From Spirochaetia bacterium (GTDB lineage Bacteria; Spirochaetota; Spirochaetia; SZUA-6; Bin103), in NCBI GenBank assembly GCA_965203515.1, contig OZ241907.1, forward strand, positions 4,000,001 through 4,064,000: 64,000 nucleotides of DNA, written 5' to 3'. How positions within the stretch are numbered: position 1 is the first letter of the stretch; each line of letters starts with the position of its first letter. The translations under genes were made by a program, and so were the position numbers. Under the pieces are notes generated by a model that saw only the letters and a program-made list of their open reading frames with translations, searched no databases and had not been told where the DNA came from. Below are positions 48,258 to 57,172 of this stretch, piece after piece.

Positions 48258-50609
48258 GTGGTAATCCTGTTGTCGAACCGCCGAACCGCCGGCTTGCCGT
48301 GGCGTGACGCGCTCATCGCGCTCATCGCGTTCGCAGCGGTGGGCGCCGCCGTCCTCGACGACTACGGCGTGGCGTCGGATACGCCCTATCAGCGCCGCCT
48401 GGGCCAAGCGGCGATCGCCTACGCGCAGGGCGCAACCGGCGCCCTGCCGGCAGGCCATGACCGGTACTACGGAGCCGCATTCGAAGCGCCGCTGATCCTG
48501 GTCGAGCGGCTGCTCGGCCTCACCGACAGCCGCGCCGTCTACCTCAGCCGCCGCCTGCTGACTCACCTGTTCTTCCTCACCGGCGGCTTCTTCTGCTGGC
48601 TGCTCGCCTTCCGCCTGTTCCGCGACCGCCGCTTGGCGCTGTTCGCCCTGCTGCTGTTCCTGCTGCAGCCCCGCCTGTACGCGCACTCCTTCTTCAACAC
48701 CAAGGACATCCCCTTCCTGGCGATGTTCATGATCGCGCTCTACCTGACGCAGCGCGCCTTCCGCCGCGACACCGCCGGCGCGTTCGCGCTCTGCGGGCTG
48801 AGCGTGGGCGTGCTGGTCAACCTGCGGGTCATGGGCCTGCTGCTGTGCGCGGCGGTGCCGGCGCTGCGAGCGCTTGATCTGCTGCGGGCCGGCGGGCCGG
48901 CGGAGCGGCGGCGCGCGCTGGCGACCGCCGGCGCGTTCCTGCTGGCCGCGGCGGCGGCCCTGTACGCGGTCTCGCCCCATCTCTGGCGCAACCCGTTCGA
49001 GCTGATCGACGCCGTCGTCACGCTGGCGCACCATCCCATCCGCGCTTGGATGTTGTTTCAGGGCGAGTTGGTGCGCTGGCCGGAGATTCCGCCGCACTAC
49101 CTGCCCACCTGGATGGCGATCACCACGCCGCCGGCGGCGCTGCTGCTGAGCCTGGCCGGGATCGGCGCCGTGCTCGGGCGCGGCATGATCCGCCCGCGCG
49201 CCGCGCTCCGCAACACCCCCGTCACGCGCTTCGGGGTGCTGCTGGTTGCCTGTCCGGCGCTGTCGATCGCGGCCGTCATCGTGGTCAACTCCAACCTCTA
49301 CCACGGCTGGCGGCACATGTACTTCCTGGCCGCGCCGCTGTGCCTGCTGGCGGTCTACGGCATGCGCTGGCTGCTGGCAGCCGCGCGCCGGCCGTGGCTG
49401 CGGCGCGGCGTCTACGCGCTGGCGGCGGCGGCGCTGGCCGGCATGGCGGTCGACCTCGCGCGCCTGCATCCCTATCAGCACGTATACTTCAACTTCCTGG
49501 TGGACCGCCGTACCCCCGAATACCTGCGCACCCGCTACGAGATGAACCACTATGGAACGGCGCAACGGGATGGGCTGGAGTATCTGCTCCGGCACCACCC
49601 GACGGCAACCGTCCACGTCGTCCCACCTCAGCCGACCTTGATCAGAAATCTGGGACTGCTCCCCGCGGCCGAGCGGCGCAGAATCGTCATCGCCGACCGC
49701 GCGCCCGACGTAGCGAACCATTACTACGTCATCACCAGCGCTACGCTCGCCGATCAGCGCCGCAGATTCCCGTTTTCGTCCGTGGTATACGCGCGCCGCA
49801 TCTACCACAACGTCATCCTCACGGTTGCCAGACTCGACCCGTCGCCGGGAGACGATACCGCAGCCGCATTCCGGTCAGCGTACCGCTCCACACGGTCGCG
49901 GGAGCCGACCGCCAGCTCGCACTTCGACCTGTATCTCGACGGCGCGACGCTCACCTACGTCAAGAACCGATGCGCGCCGGAAGACGTGCAGGAGAAGTTC
50001 TTCCTGCACGTCTTCCCGGCGAACACCGCCGACCTTCCCGCGTCTCAGCAGGGGTTCGACAACCTGGATTTCTACTTCTACGAGGGCGGCGCGCGGCTCG
50101 ACGGCGCCTGCATGGCGGTCGTGGTACTGCCCGACTACGAGTTCACGCGCATCCGCACCGGGCAGTTCGTTCGGGTGGGCGGGCGGCAGCTCTGGAGCGT
50201 GGAGTTCCCGGCCGGACCGACCGCGCAGCGCTATTGGGAGGCGCGCGCCGCGATCCGCTCCGGCGCCTGGGGAGCACCGGCCCGCGGGGTCTTCGACCTC
50301 TATCACGCCGGAAGGGTGCTGGCGTACCACAAGGAGCCGTGCACCGAGGAGGACGTGCGGGAACGGTTCTTCCTGCACGTGATCCCGGCGGACGCGCGGG
50401 ACCTGTCCCCGCAACACCGGCCGCACGGCTTCGAGAACGTCGGCTTCGACTACCGGGAATACGGAGCGCTGCTCGGCGAAGCATGCGTGATCCTGGCGCC
50501 GTTGCCGGAGTACGCGATCGCCGGCCTCCGCACCGGCCAGTTCATCAGCGGGGAGGGCCAGCTCTGGAGCGCGGAGATCAAGGCGCCGGCCGCGGCGCAG
50601 GGGCCGTGA
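48258..50609 (+). CDS. GT-C fold membrane glycosyltransferase with two shared domains
   Basis: Paralogue of 38853; about 2 residual GAACCGCC units at 48274-48290. Confidence 0.8.
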   Translation: MVILLSNRRTAGLPWRDALIALIAFAAVGAAVLDDYGVASDTPYQRRLGQAAIAYAQGATGALPAGHDRYYGAAFEAPLILVERLLGLTDSRAVYLSRRLLTHLFFLTGGFFCWLLAFRLFRDRRLALFALLLFLLQPRLYAHSFFNTKDIPFLAMFMIALYLTQRAFRRDTAGAFALCGLSVGVLVNLRVMGLLLCAAVPALRALDLLRAGGPAERRRALATAGAFLLAAAAALYAVSPHLWRNPFELIDAVVTLAHHPIRAWMLFQGELVRWPEIPPHYLPTWMAITTPPAALLLSLAGIGAVLGRGMIRPRAALRNTPVTRFGVLLVACPALSIAAVIVVNSNLYHGWRHMYFLAAPLCLLAVYGMRWLLAAARRPWLRRGVYALAAAALAGMAVDLARLHPYQHVYFNFLVDRRTPEYLRTRYEMNHYGTAQRDGLEYLLRHHPTATVHVVPPQPTLIRNLGLLPAAERRRIVIADRAPDVANHYYVITSATLADQRRRFPFSSVVYARRIYHNVILTVARLDPSPGDDTAAAFRSAYRSTRSREPTASSHFDLYLDGATLTYVKNRCAPEDVQEKFFLHVFPANTADLPASQQGFDNLDFYFYEGGARLDGACMAVVVLPDYEFTRIRTGQFVRVGGRQLWSVEFPAGPTAQRYWEARAAIRSGAWGAPARGVFDLYHAGRVLAYHKEPCTEEDVRERFFLHVIPADARDLSPQHRPHGFENVGFDYREYGALLGEACVILAPLPEYAIAGLRTGQFISGEGQLWSAEIKAPAAAQGP

Positions 50610-50691
50610 GGCTGGCGGATGAGCGGATGATAGCCGCGTGCCGTTCGGCTATCATGGCCGCACCGTGACCGCGCCGCACCGAGACGCGCCC

Positions 50692-52650
50692 ATGACGCGC
50701 AGGAAGCTGCCGCTAGCGGCTGCGTTGATCGTGGTCGGCGCGGCGCTGGCGTCCGCGGACGCCGTCCTGCGCCACGGCGCGTCGGTCAGCGAGCGCAACG
50801 CGCTGATCGTCGAGGTGCGGGTGGCGCTGGCGCGCGCGGCGCGGGTGTTCGTCGAGTACGACAACCCGCAGGCCGGCCGCTACCGCACGCCGCTGAGCGA
50901 GCCGGGCGCGGCGCACGCCATCCCGCTCGTCCGGCTGCGCCCGGAGACGACCTACGACTACACCATCTTCGTAGTTGAAGGCTCCGTGGCGGACGGCTCG
51001 GTAGTGCACGGCGCCGCGGATGCGGCCGCCGGGCCGGGCGGCCGGTTCACCACCGGACCGCTGCCGCTGCCCCTCGCCGCCACGTCGATGCAGGCGCGCG
51101 GCAGAAGCTCGCAACCGCTCATCCTGTCCGGTTACCAGCGCGGTGACGGTCACCAGTACTTCGTATTCTGGGATGAAGTGGGCGCAACCGTCTGGTACCA
51201 TGATACCGCGACGGATCGCCCCGGCCCCATCGCTCGGTTGCCGGAGGGCAACTTCCTCTACCTGGACCGCGAGCGGATTACCGAGATCACCCCGCTGGGT
51301 GAGATCGTCGCCCGGATCGAGCAGGGCGGCGAGGGTGGCGCCATGGGGAGTCCCCATCATGAGGTCACCGTGCTTGCCGATGGACGCGTGATCTACCTGA
51401 GCAAGGAGCGCATCGTCTTCGACGATTCGGCGAACGGCGGGCCGGCGGAGGCTGCGTTCAGGGTCGACACGCTGCGCGTCTGGGACCGCGCGAGCGGACG
51501 CTTCGCATGGCTCTGGGACTCCAGGGAGGCATGGGACATTCGGGACCCGGCCCAGCGCGTGCCGGACCCGAACGGCGACGTGACCAATTGGACGCACCTC
51601 AACTCGGTGAGCATCGGTCCGCGCGGCAACGTCATCCTCTCGTCCCGCGCGCGCAATCAGGTGGTCTCGCTCAGCGCCGACCTGCGGGCGATCGAATGGC
51701 AACTGCACGGGCCGGACAGCGATTACCAGTTCCCGAACCCGGCCGACCGGTTCTACGGGCAGCACACCGCGGCGCAGCTCGACGACGGCAACGTATTGCT
51801 GTTCGACAACGGCTATGGGCGGCCCGACGCGGAGGGCGGCGCCTACTCGCGCGCGCTGGAGCTGCGGCTGGACGACGCGACCGGCACCGCGGCGAAGGTG
51901 TGGGAATACCGGCCGACGCCGGATGTCTACTCGGCGAGCCAGGGCAGCGCCTACCGGCTGAGCAACGGCAACACGCTGGTCAACTTCGGCGTGAGAACCG
52001 CCACCGGAGCGCTCGACACCCTGCCGCTGACCGTCGTCGAGGTGGACGCGGCGGGCAACGAAGTGTTCCGGGTCGATACCCGGCAGTGGTATGAATTGCG
52101 CCCGCGCTACCCGCGGCGGTACCGGGCCTACGGCGGCATCGAGTCGATCATGGACGAGACCATGCTGCGACCGCCGGCGGCGGCGCCCGAGCCGTTCGAG
52201 AAGGATTACTACTTGGCGCAGGAACTGGAGCTGACCGGGTTCCGCGCGCTGCAGGCGTCCCTGGACGGCCGGCGGCGCGCCGCCGCCGGGGTGTTCGACC
52301 TGTATCTGGCCGGGGACCGGCTGATGTACGCGAAGGAGCCCTGCGCGCGGGCGGACGTCCGGGCGCGGTTCTTCCTGCACGTCTTCCCGGCCAGCGCAGA
52401 CGATCTGGCCTCCGATGGCGATCTTGCCTCCGGCAGCCGGGAGCAGGGATTCGACAACCTCGATTTCTGGTTCTGGTGGCAGGGAGTGCTCTGGGACGGC
52501 GCCTGTCTCGCAGCCGTGACGCTGCCGGACTACGCGATCGCCGGCCTCCGCACCGGCCAGTTCATCAGGGGGCAGGGCGAGCTCTGGAGCGCGGAGATTG
52601 CGGCGCCGGCCGCGGCGCAGCCGAACGGGCGGTCAGCCGGCAGCGAGTGA
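50692..52650 (+). CDS. Arylsulfotransferase-like protein with shared C-terminal domain
   Basis: MTRRKLPLAAALIVVGAALASA signal; ASST motifs. Confidence 0.82.
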   Translation: MTRRKLPLAAALIVVGAALASADAVLRHGASVSERNALIVEVRVALARAARVFVEYDNPQAGRYRTPLSEPGAAHAIPLVRLRPETTYDYTIFVVEGSVADGSVVHGAADAAAGPGGRFTTGPLPLPLAATSMQARGRSSQPLILSGYQRGDGHQYFVFWDEVGATVWYHDTATDRPGPIARLPEGNFLYLDRERITEITPLGEIVARIEQGGEGGAMGSPHHEVTVLADGRVIYLSKERIVFDDSANGGPAEAAFRVDTLRVWDRASGRFAWLWDSREAWDIRDPAQRVPDPNGDVTNWTHLNSVSIGPRGNVILSSRARNQVVSLSADLRAIEWQLHGPDSDYQFPNPADRFYGQHTAAQLDDGNVLLFDNGYGRPDAEGGAYSRALELRLDDATGTAAKVWEYRPTPDVYSASQGSAYRLSNGNTLVNFGVRTATGALDTLPLTVVEVDAAGNEVFRVDTRQWYELRPRYPRRYRAYGGIESIMDETMLRPPAAAPEPFEKDYYLAQELELTGFRALQASLDGRRRAAAGVFDLYLAGDRLMYAKEPCARADVRARFFLHVFPASADDLASDGDLASGSREQGFDNLDFWFWWQGVLWDGACLAAVTLPDYAIAGLRTGQFIRGQGELWSAEIAAPAAAQPNGRSAGSE

Positions 52651-52732
52651 CGGAAGCCTGCTTCCTTGTCGCCATCGGGCAGGATACGCTGCAGGCATGA
52701 AGCACGCGGTGGCGAGCGACGACCGCATCATC

Positions 52733-52869
52733 GTCGAAGATGACGACGGCGAGGCGCTCTACCGGCTCGGCTATCCAACCGCGAGGTGCGGCTCGCTCTG
52801 AACGAACTGCTGCGGGCGCTCAGCCGCGAGGCGCGCAACATCGCCGCCTTCGAGGTGGCCCGCGCCTGA
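52733..52869 (+). pseudogene. Collapsed 3' remnant of the AAA-ATPase gene
   Basis: VEDDDGEALYRLGYP piece joined to the SREARNIAAFEVARA* piece. Confidence 0.75.
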
Positions 52870-52918
52870 CGCCCCGCCACAGCGCCGGCGTGGTCGAAGC
52901 AGGGGGCCTGCCATCGCA

Positions 52919-55375
52919 CTGAACCGCCGACCGCCGCAACCGCCGCAACCGCCGCAACCGCCGCAGGATACGCCTCGGCGGCTGCCCGGGCGGGACGCGC
53001 TCATTGCGCTCATCGCGTTCGCGGCGCTGGGCGCCGCCGTCCTCGACGACTACGGCATGGGGTGGGACGAGGCTTGGCAACGCAACATCGGCCTGGCGGC
53101 GATCGCCTACGCGCTGGGCGACGCCGGCGCCCTGCCGGCCGACCATAACCGGTACTACGGAGTCGCGTTCGAAGCGCCGTTGATCCTGGTGGAACGGCTG
53201 CTCGGCCTCACCGACAGCCGCGCCGTCTACCTCAGCCGCCACCTGCTGACCCACCTGTTCTTCCTCACCGGCGGATTCTTCTGTTGGCTGCTGACCTATC
53301 GCCTGTTCCGCGACCGCCGGCTGGCGCTGTTCGCCCTGCTGCTGTTCCTGCTGCAGCCCCGCCTGTACGCCCACTCCTTCTTCAACACCAAGGACATCCC
53401 CTTCCTGGTCATGTTCATGATCGCGCTCTACCTGACGCAGCGCGCCTTCCGTCGCGACACCGCCGGGGCGTTCGCGCTCTGCGGGCTGGGCGTGGGCGTG
53501 CTGGTCAACCTGCGCGTCATGGGCCTGCTGCTGTGCGCGGCGGTGCCGGCGCTGCGGGCGCTCGACCTGATCCAGGCGGGCGGGCCGGCGGAGCGGCGGC
53601 GGGTGCTGGCGACCGCCGGGGCGTTCCTGCTGGCCGCGGCGGCGGCCCTGTACGCGATCTCCCCCCATCTCTGGCGCAACCCGCTGGAGCTGATCGACGC
53701 CGTCGTCACGCTGGCGCAACATCCGGCGCGCGTCGCGACGCTGTTTCAGGGCGAGCTGGTACGCTGGCCGGAGATTCCGCCGCACTACCTGCCGACCTGG
53801 ATGGCGATCACCACGCCGCCGGCGGCGCTGCTGCTGAGCGTGGCCGGGATCGTCGCCGTGCTCGGGCGCGGCCTGACCCGCCCGCGCGAGGTCCTCCGCA
53901 ACACCCCCGTCACCCGCTTCGGGGTGCTGCTGGTCGCCTGTCCGGCGCTGTCGATCGCGGCCGTCATCGTAGTGAACTCCACCCTCAGCCACGGCTGGCG
54001 GCACATGTACTTCCTGGCTGCGCCGCTCTGCCTGCTGGCGGTCTACGGCCTGCGCCGGCTGCTGGCCGCCGCGGGCCGGCGGCGGTGGCTGCGGCGCGGC
54101 ATCTACGCGCTGGCCGCGGCGGGCGTGGCCGCGGCGGCGGTCGAGATGGCGCTGATCCACCCGCATCAGATGCGATACTTCAACTTCCTGGTCGACCGCC
54201 GGACCCCGGAATACCTGCGCACCCGGTACGACCTCGACTACTACGGACCGGCGTACCGCGAAGGGCTGGAATACCTGCTCCGGCGCCATCCGCAGGGCAC
54301 GGTCCACGTCGTCCTGGCGAACCGCGGGAGCGGCAATCCCGCCGGCGCCGAACGGCAGACCGAGCGCCTGCCGGTGACCCTGGCCACCCGCACCGCGCGG
54401 CTGCTCCCCGCGGCCGAGCGGCGCCGAATCGTCTTCACCAATCGCGTGGACGACGCGTCGGAGCGGCACTACGTCATCGCCAATCATGCGCGCGCCAACC
54501 ATCGCCGCAGCTTCCCGTTCTCGTCCGTGGTCCATGCGCGCCGCATCTACCACAACACCATCCTCACGGTGGCCGCCCTCGACCCGGCGCAGCTCGACGC
54601 TGCGACCGTTGCGGACTTCCGGGAAGCGTACCGCTCCGCACGGTCGCAGGAACCGGTCGTGGAATCGGACTTCGACCTGTATCTCGACGGCACCACGCTG
54701 ACCTACGTCAAGGATGCCTGCACGGTGGACGACCTGGATGCGGAGCGGTTCTTCCTGCACCTCTTCCCGGCGGACGCCGCCGACCTGCCCGCCTTCCAGC
54801 GGGAGCAGGGGTTCGACAACCTGGACTTCTATCTCTGGGAGGGCGGCGCGCGCCGCGGCGGCGCCTGCGCGGCGGTCGTGGTACTGCCCAACTACCAGTT
54901 CACGCGCATCCGTACCGGGCAGTTCATACCGCGCGGGCCGCAGCTCTGGAGCGTCGAGTTCGCGGCCGGACCGACCGCGCAACGCTATCGGGAGGCGCGC
55001 GCGGCGATCCGCTCCGGCGCCTGGGGAACGCCGGCCGCGCGCGCGGCCTTCGACCTCTACCTCGACCTCGACGGCCGGGTGCTGGCGTACCACAAGGAGC
55101 CGTGCGCGGCGGAGGACCTGCGGGAACGGTTCTTCCTGCACCTGATTCCGGCGGACGCGCGCGACCTGTCTCCGCAGGACCGGTCGTACGGCTTCGGGAA
55201 CCGGGGCTTCTCCTTCCGGGAACATGGGGCGCGGCTCGGCGATGCGTGCGTGGCGCTGGCGCCGTTGCCGGAGTATGAGATCGCCGGTCTCCGCACCGGC
55301 CAGTTCATCAGCGGCGAAGGCCAGCTCTGGAGCGCGGAGATTGCGGCGCCCCGTCGCAGCGCGGGAGAGCCGTAA
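52919..55375 (+). CDS. GT-C fold membrane glycosyltransferase with two shared domains
   Basis: DDYGMGWDE, DYYGP; the frame extends upstream of ATG 53057 through TM1 to a possible CTG at 52919. Confidence 0.8.
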   Translation: MNRRPPQPPQPPQPPQDTPRRLPGRDALIALIAFAALGAAVLDDYGMGWDEAWQRNIGLAAIAYALGDAGALPADHNRYYGVAFEAPLILVERLLGLTDSRAVYLSRHLLTHLFFLTGGFFCWLLTYRLFRDRRLALFALLLFLLQPRLYAHSFFNTKDIPFLVMFMIALYLTQRAFRRDTAGAFALCGLGVGVLVNLRVMGLLLCAAVPALRALDLIQAGGPAERRRVLATAGAFLLAAAAALYAISPHLWRNPLELIDAVVTLAQHPARVATLFQGELVRWPEIPPHYLPTWMAITTPPAALLLSVAGIVAVLGRGLTRPREVLRNTPVTRFGVLLVACPALSIAAVIVVNSTLSHGWRHMYFLAAPLCLLAVYGLRRLLAAAGRRRWLRRGIYALAAAGVAAAAVEMALIHPHQMRYFNFLVDRRTPEYLRTRYDLDYYGPAYREGLEYLLRRHPQGTVHVVLANRGSGNPAGAERQTERLPVTLATRTARLLPAAERRRIVFTNRVDDASERHYVIANHARANHRRSFPFSSVVHARRIYHNTILTVAALDPAQLDAATVADFREAYRSARSQEPVVESDFDLYLDGTTLTYVKDACTVDDLDAERFFLHLFPADAADLPAFQREQGFDNLDFYLWEGGARRGGACAAVVVLPNYQFTRIRTGQFIPRGPQLWSVEFAAGPTAQRYREARAAIRSGAWGTPAARAAFDLYLDLDGRVLAYHKEPCAAEDLRERFFLHLIPADARDLSPQDRSYGFGNRGFSFREHGARLGDACVALAPLPEYEIAGLRTGQFISGEGQLWSAEIAAPRRSAGEP
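52923..52965 (+). repeat. ACCGCCG plus (ACCGCCGCA)x4 tandem repeat
   Basis: Read directly; encodes NRR(PPQ)4 in the GT frame. Confidence 0.9.
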
Positions 55376-55457
55376 GGCCGGCGGATGAGCGGATGATAGC
55401 CGCGTACCGTTCCGGCTATCATGGCCGGACCGTGACCGCGCCGCATCGAGACGCGCC

Positions 55458-57020
55458 ATGACGCGCCGGAAGCTGCCGACCGGCATCCAGACCTTCCGCG
55501 AGATCCGCGAGGACGACTGCTACTACGTCGACAAGACCGCCTTCATCCTCCGCTTGACGCGGGAGGGCAAGCATTACTTCCTGTCACGCCCGCGGCGGTT
55601 CGGCAAGAGCCTGCTGCTCGACACCATCAAGGAACTGTTCGAAGGCAACGAGGAGCTGTTCCGCGGCCTGTACGTGCACGACCACTGGGAGTGGTCCAAG
55701 CGCCGCCCGGTGGTGCGCCTCGACTTCGGCGCCGGCGACTACCGCGACCCGGCCCTGCTGGAAGCCAGCGTCATGGAGCAGCTCGCCGCGATCGAGCGTC
55801 GCGCGGGAATTGAGCGGCGCGCCGCTCTCACCGAGTACCGCACGGTGCCGGGCCGGCTGGCATACCTGCTGGAAGCGCTGCACGAGCGATCCGGGCAACG
55901 GGTGGCGTTCCTGGTCGACGAGTACGACAAGCCGATCCTGGACGTGCTGGAACACAAGGAGACGGCGCGGGCCAACCGCCGCTACCTGCGCGGGCTCTAC
56001 GCGACCATCAAGACCTGCGACGCGCACGTCGAGTTCACGCTGCTGACCGGGGTGAGCAAATTCTCCAAGGTCAGCGTCTTCTCCGGCCTCAACAATCTGA
56101 TCGACCTCACGCTGGATCCGCGCTATGCGGCGATCTGCGGCTACACCGAGGCCGACCTCGACACGGTGTTCGCGGCAGAGCTGCCGGGCCTGGACCGGGA
56201 GGAGATCCGCGACTGGTACAACGGCTATAGCTGGCGCGGTGACGATCGGGTCTACAACCCGTTCGACATCCTGCTGCTGTTCGACCGCCGGGAGTTCGCC
56301 GCCCATTGGTTCGAGACCGGTACGCCGTCGTTTCTGATCGACATCCTGATCGAGCGCGGCGTCGCCTCGCCGGAGCTGGACGGCATGTTGGCCGGCGGCG
56401 AGCTGCTGTCCGCGTTCGACGTGGACGAGATGGAGCCCGAGGCGCTGCTGTTCCAGACCGGCTACCTGACCATCCGCAGCGTCGAGCGCTCGGCGCGCGG
56501 ACCGCGCTACCGGCTCGGCTATCCCAACCGCGAAGTGCGGCTCGCTCTGAACGAACGCCTGCTGCGGGCGCTGGCGCCCGCCGCGGCGCGCCGGCTGACA
56601 CAGGACACGGCACTGGAGCAGCTGCTGGCGGCGAACGACTTCGCCGGGCTGGAGCGGCTGTTCCGGGCGTTCTTCGCCGGCATCCCGTACGAGTGGCACA
56701 CGCGCAACGACATCGCGCGTTACGAGGGCTATTACGCGAGCGTCTGCTACTCCTGGTTCGCGGCGGTGGGGCTGGACGTCACGGTGGAGGATTCGAGCAG
56801 CCGCGGGCGGGTCGACCTGGCGGTCCGGTACCGGGGCAACGTCTATCTGTTCGAGTTCAAGGTGGTGGAGATGGAGCGCGAGGGCGCGGCGCTGGCGCAG
56901 TTGCAGGAGCGCGGCTACGCGGAGAAGTACCGCGCGCTGGGCGAACCGATCCACCTGCTCGGCGTGGAGTTCAGCCGCGAGACGCGCACCATCGCCGCCT
57001 TCGAAGTGGCCCACGCCTGA
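55458..57020 (+). CDS. AAA-ATPase-like / PD-(D/E)XK protein, copy 5
   Basis: Same motifs as copy 1; small IERRA duplication. Confidence 0.92.
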   Translation: MTRRKLPTGIQTFREIREDDCYYVDKTAFILRLTREGKHYFLSRPRRFGKSLLLDTIKELFEGNEELFRGLYVHDHWEWSKRRPVVRLDFGAGDYRDPALLEASVMEQLAAIERRAGIERRAALTEYRTVPGRLAYLLEALHERSGQRVAFLVDEYDKPILDVLEHKETARANRRYLRGLYATIKTCDAHVEFTLLTGVSKFSKVSVFSGLNNLIDLTLDPRYAAICGYTEADLDTVFAAELPGLDREEIRDWYNGYSWRGDDRVYNPFDILLLFDRREFAAHWFETGTPSFLIDILIERGVASPELDGMLAGGELLSAFDVDEMEPEALLFQTGYLTIRSVERSARGPRYRLGYPNREVRLALNERLLRALAPAAARRLTQDTALEQLLAANDFAGLERLFRAFFAGIPYEWHTRNDIARYEGYYASVCYSWFAAVGLDVTVEDSSSRGRVDLAVRYRGNVYLFEFKVVEMEREGAALAQLQERGYAEKYRALGEPIHLLGVEFSRETRTIAAFEVAHA

Positions 57021-57172
57021 CGCCCTGCCACCGCGCCGGCGTGGTCGACTTCCGGGAGTACGGTGTGCTGCCCGGCGGCGCCTGCGACGCGCGCTGCTGT
57101 GCCGGCAGGCGGCGCCGCGCGCCGGCCGTGACCCGGCGCGGCCTGATGCCAAGCCGCCGAGCTAACCCAGCG

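Noticed and set aside
30401..55480. Integron attC sites at the junction repeat
   Set aside because: I could not find RYYYAAC...GTTRRRY ends, there is no integrase in the window, and the repeat runs into coding sequence on both sides
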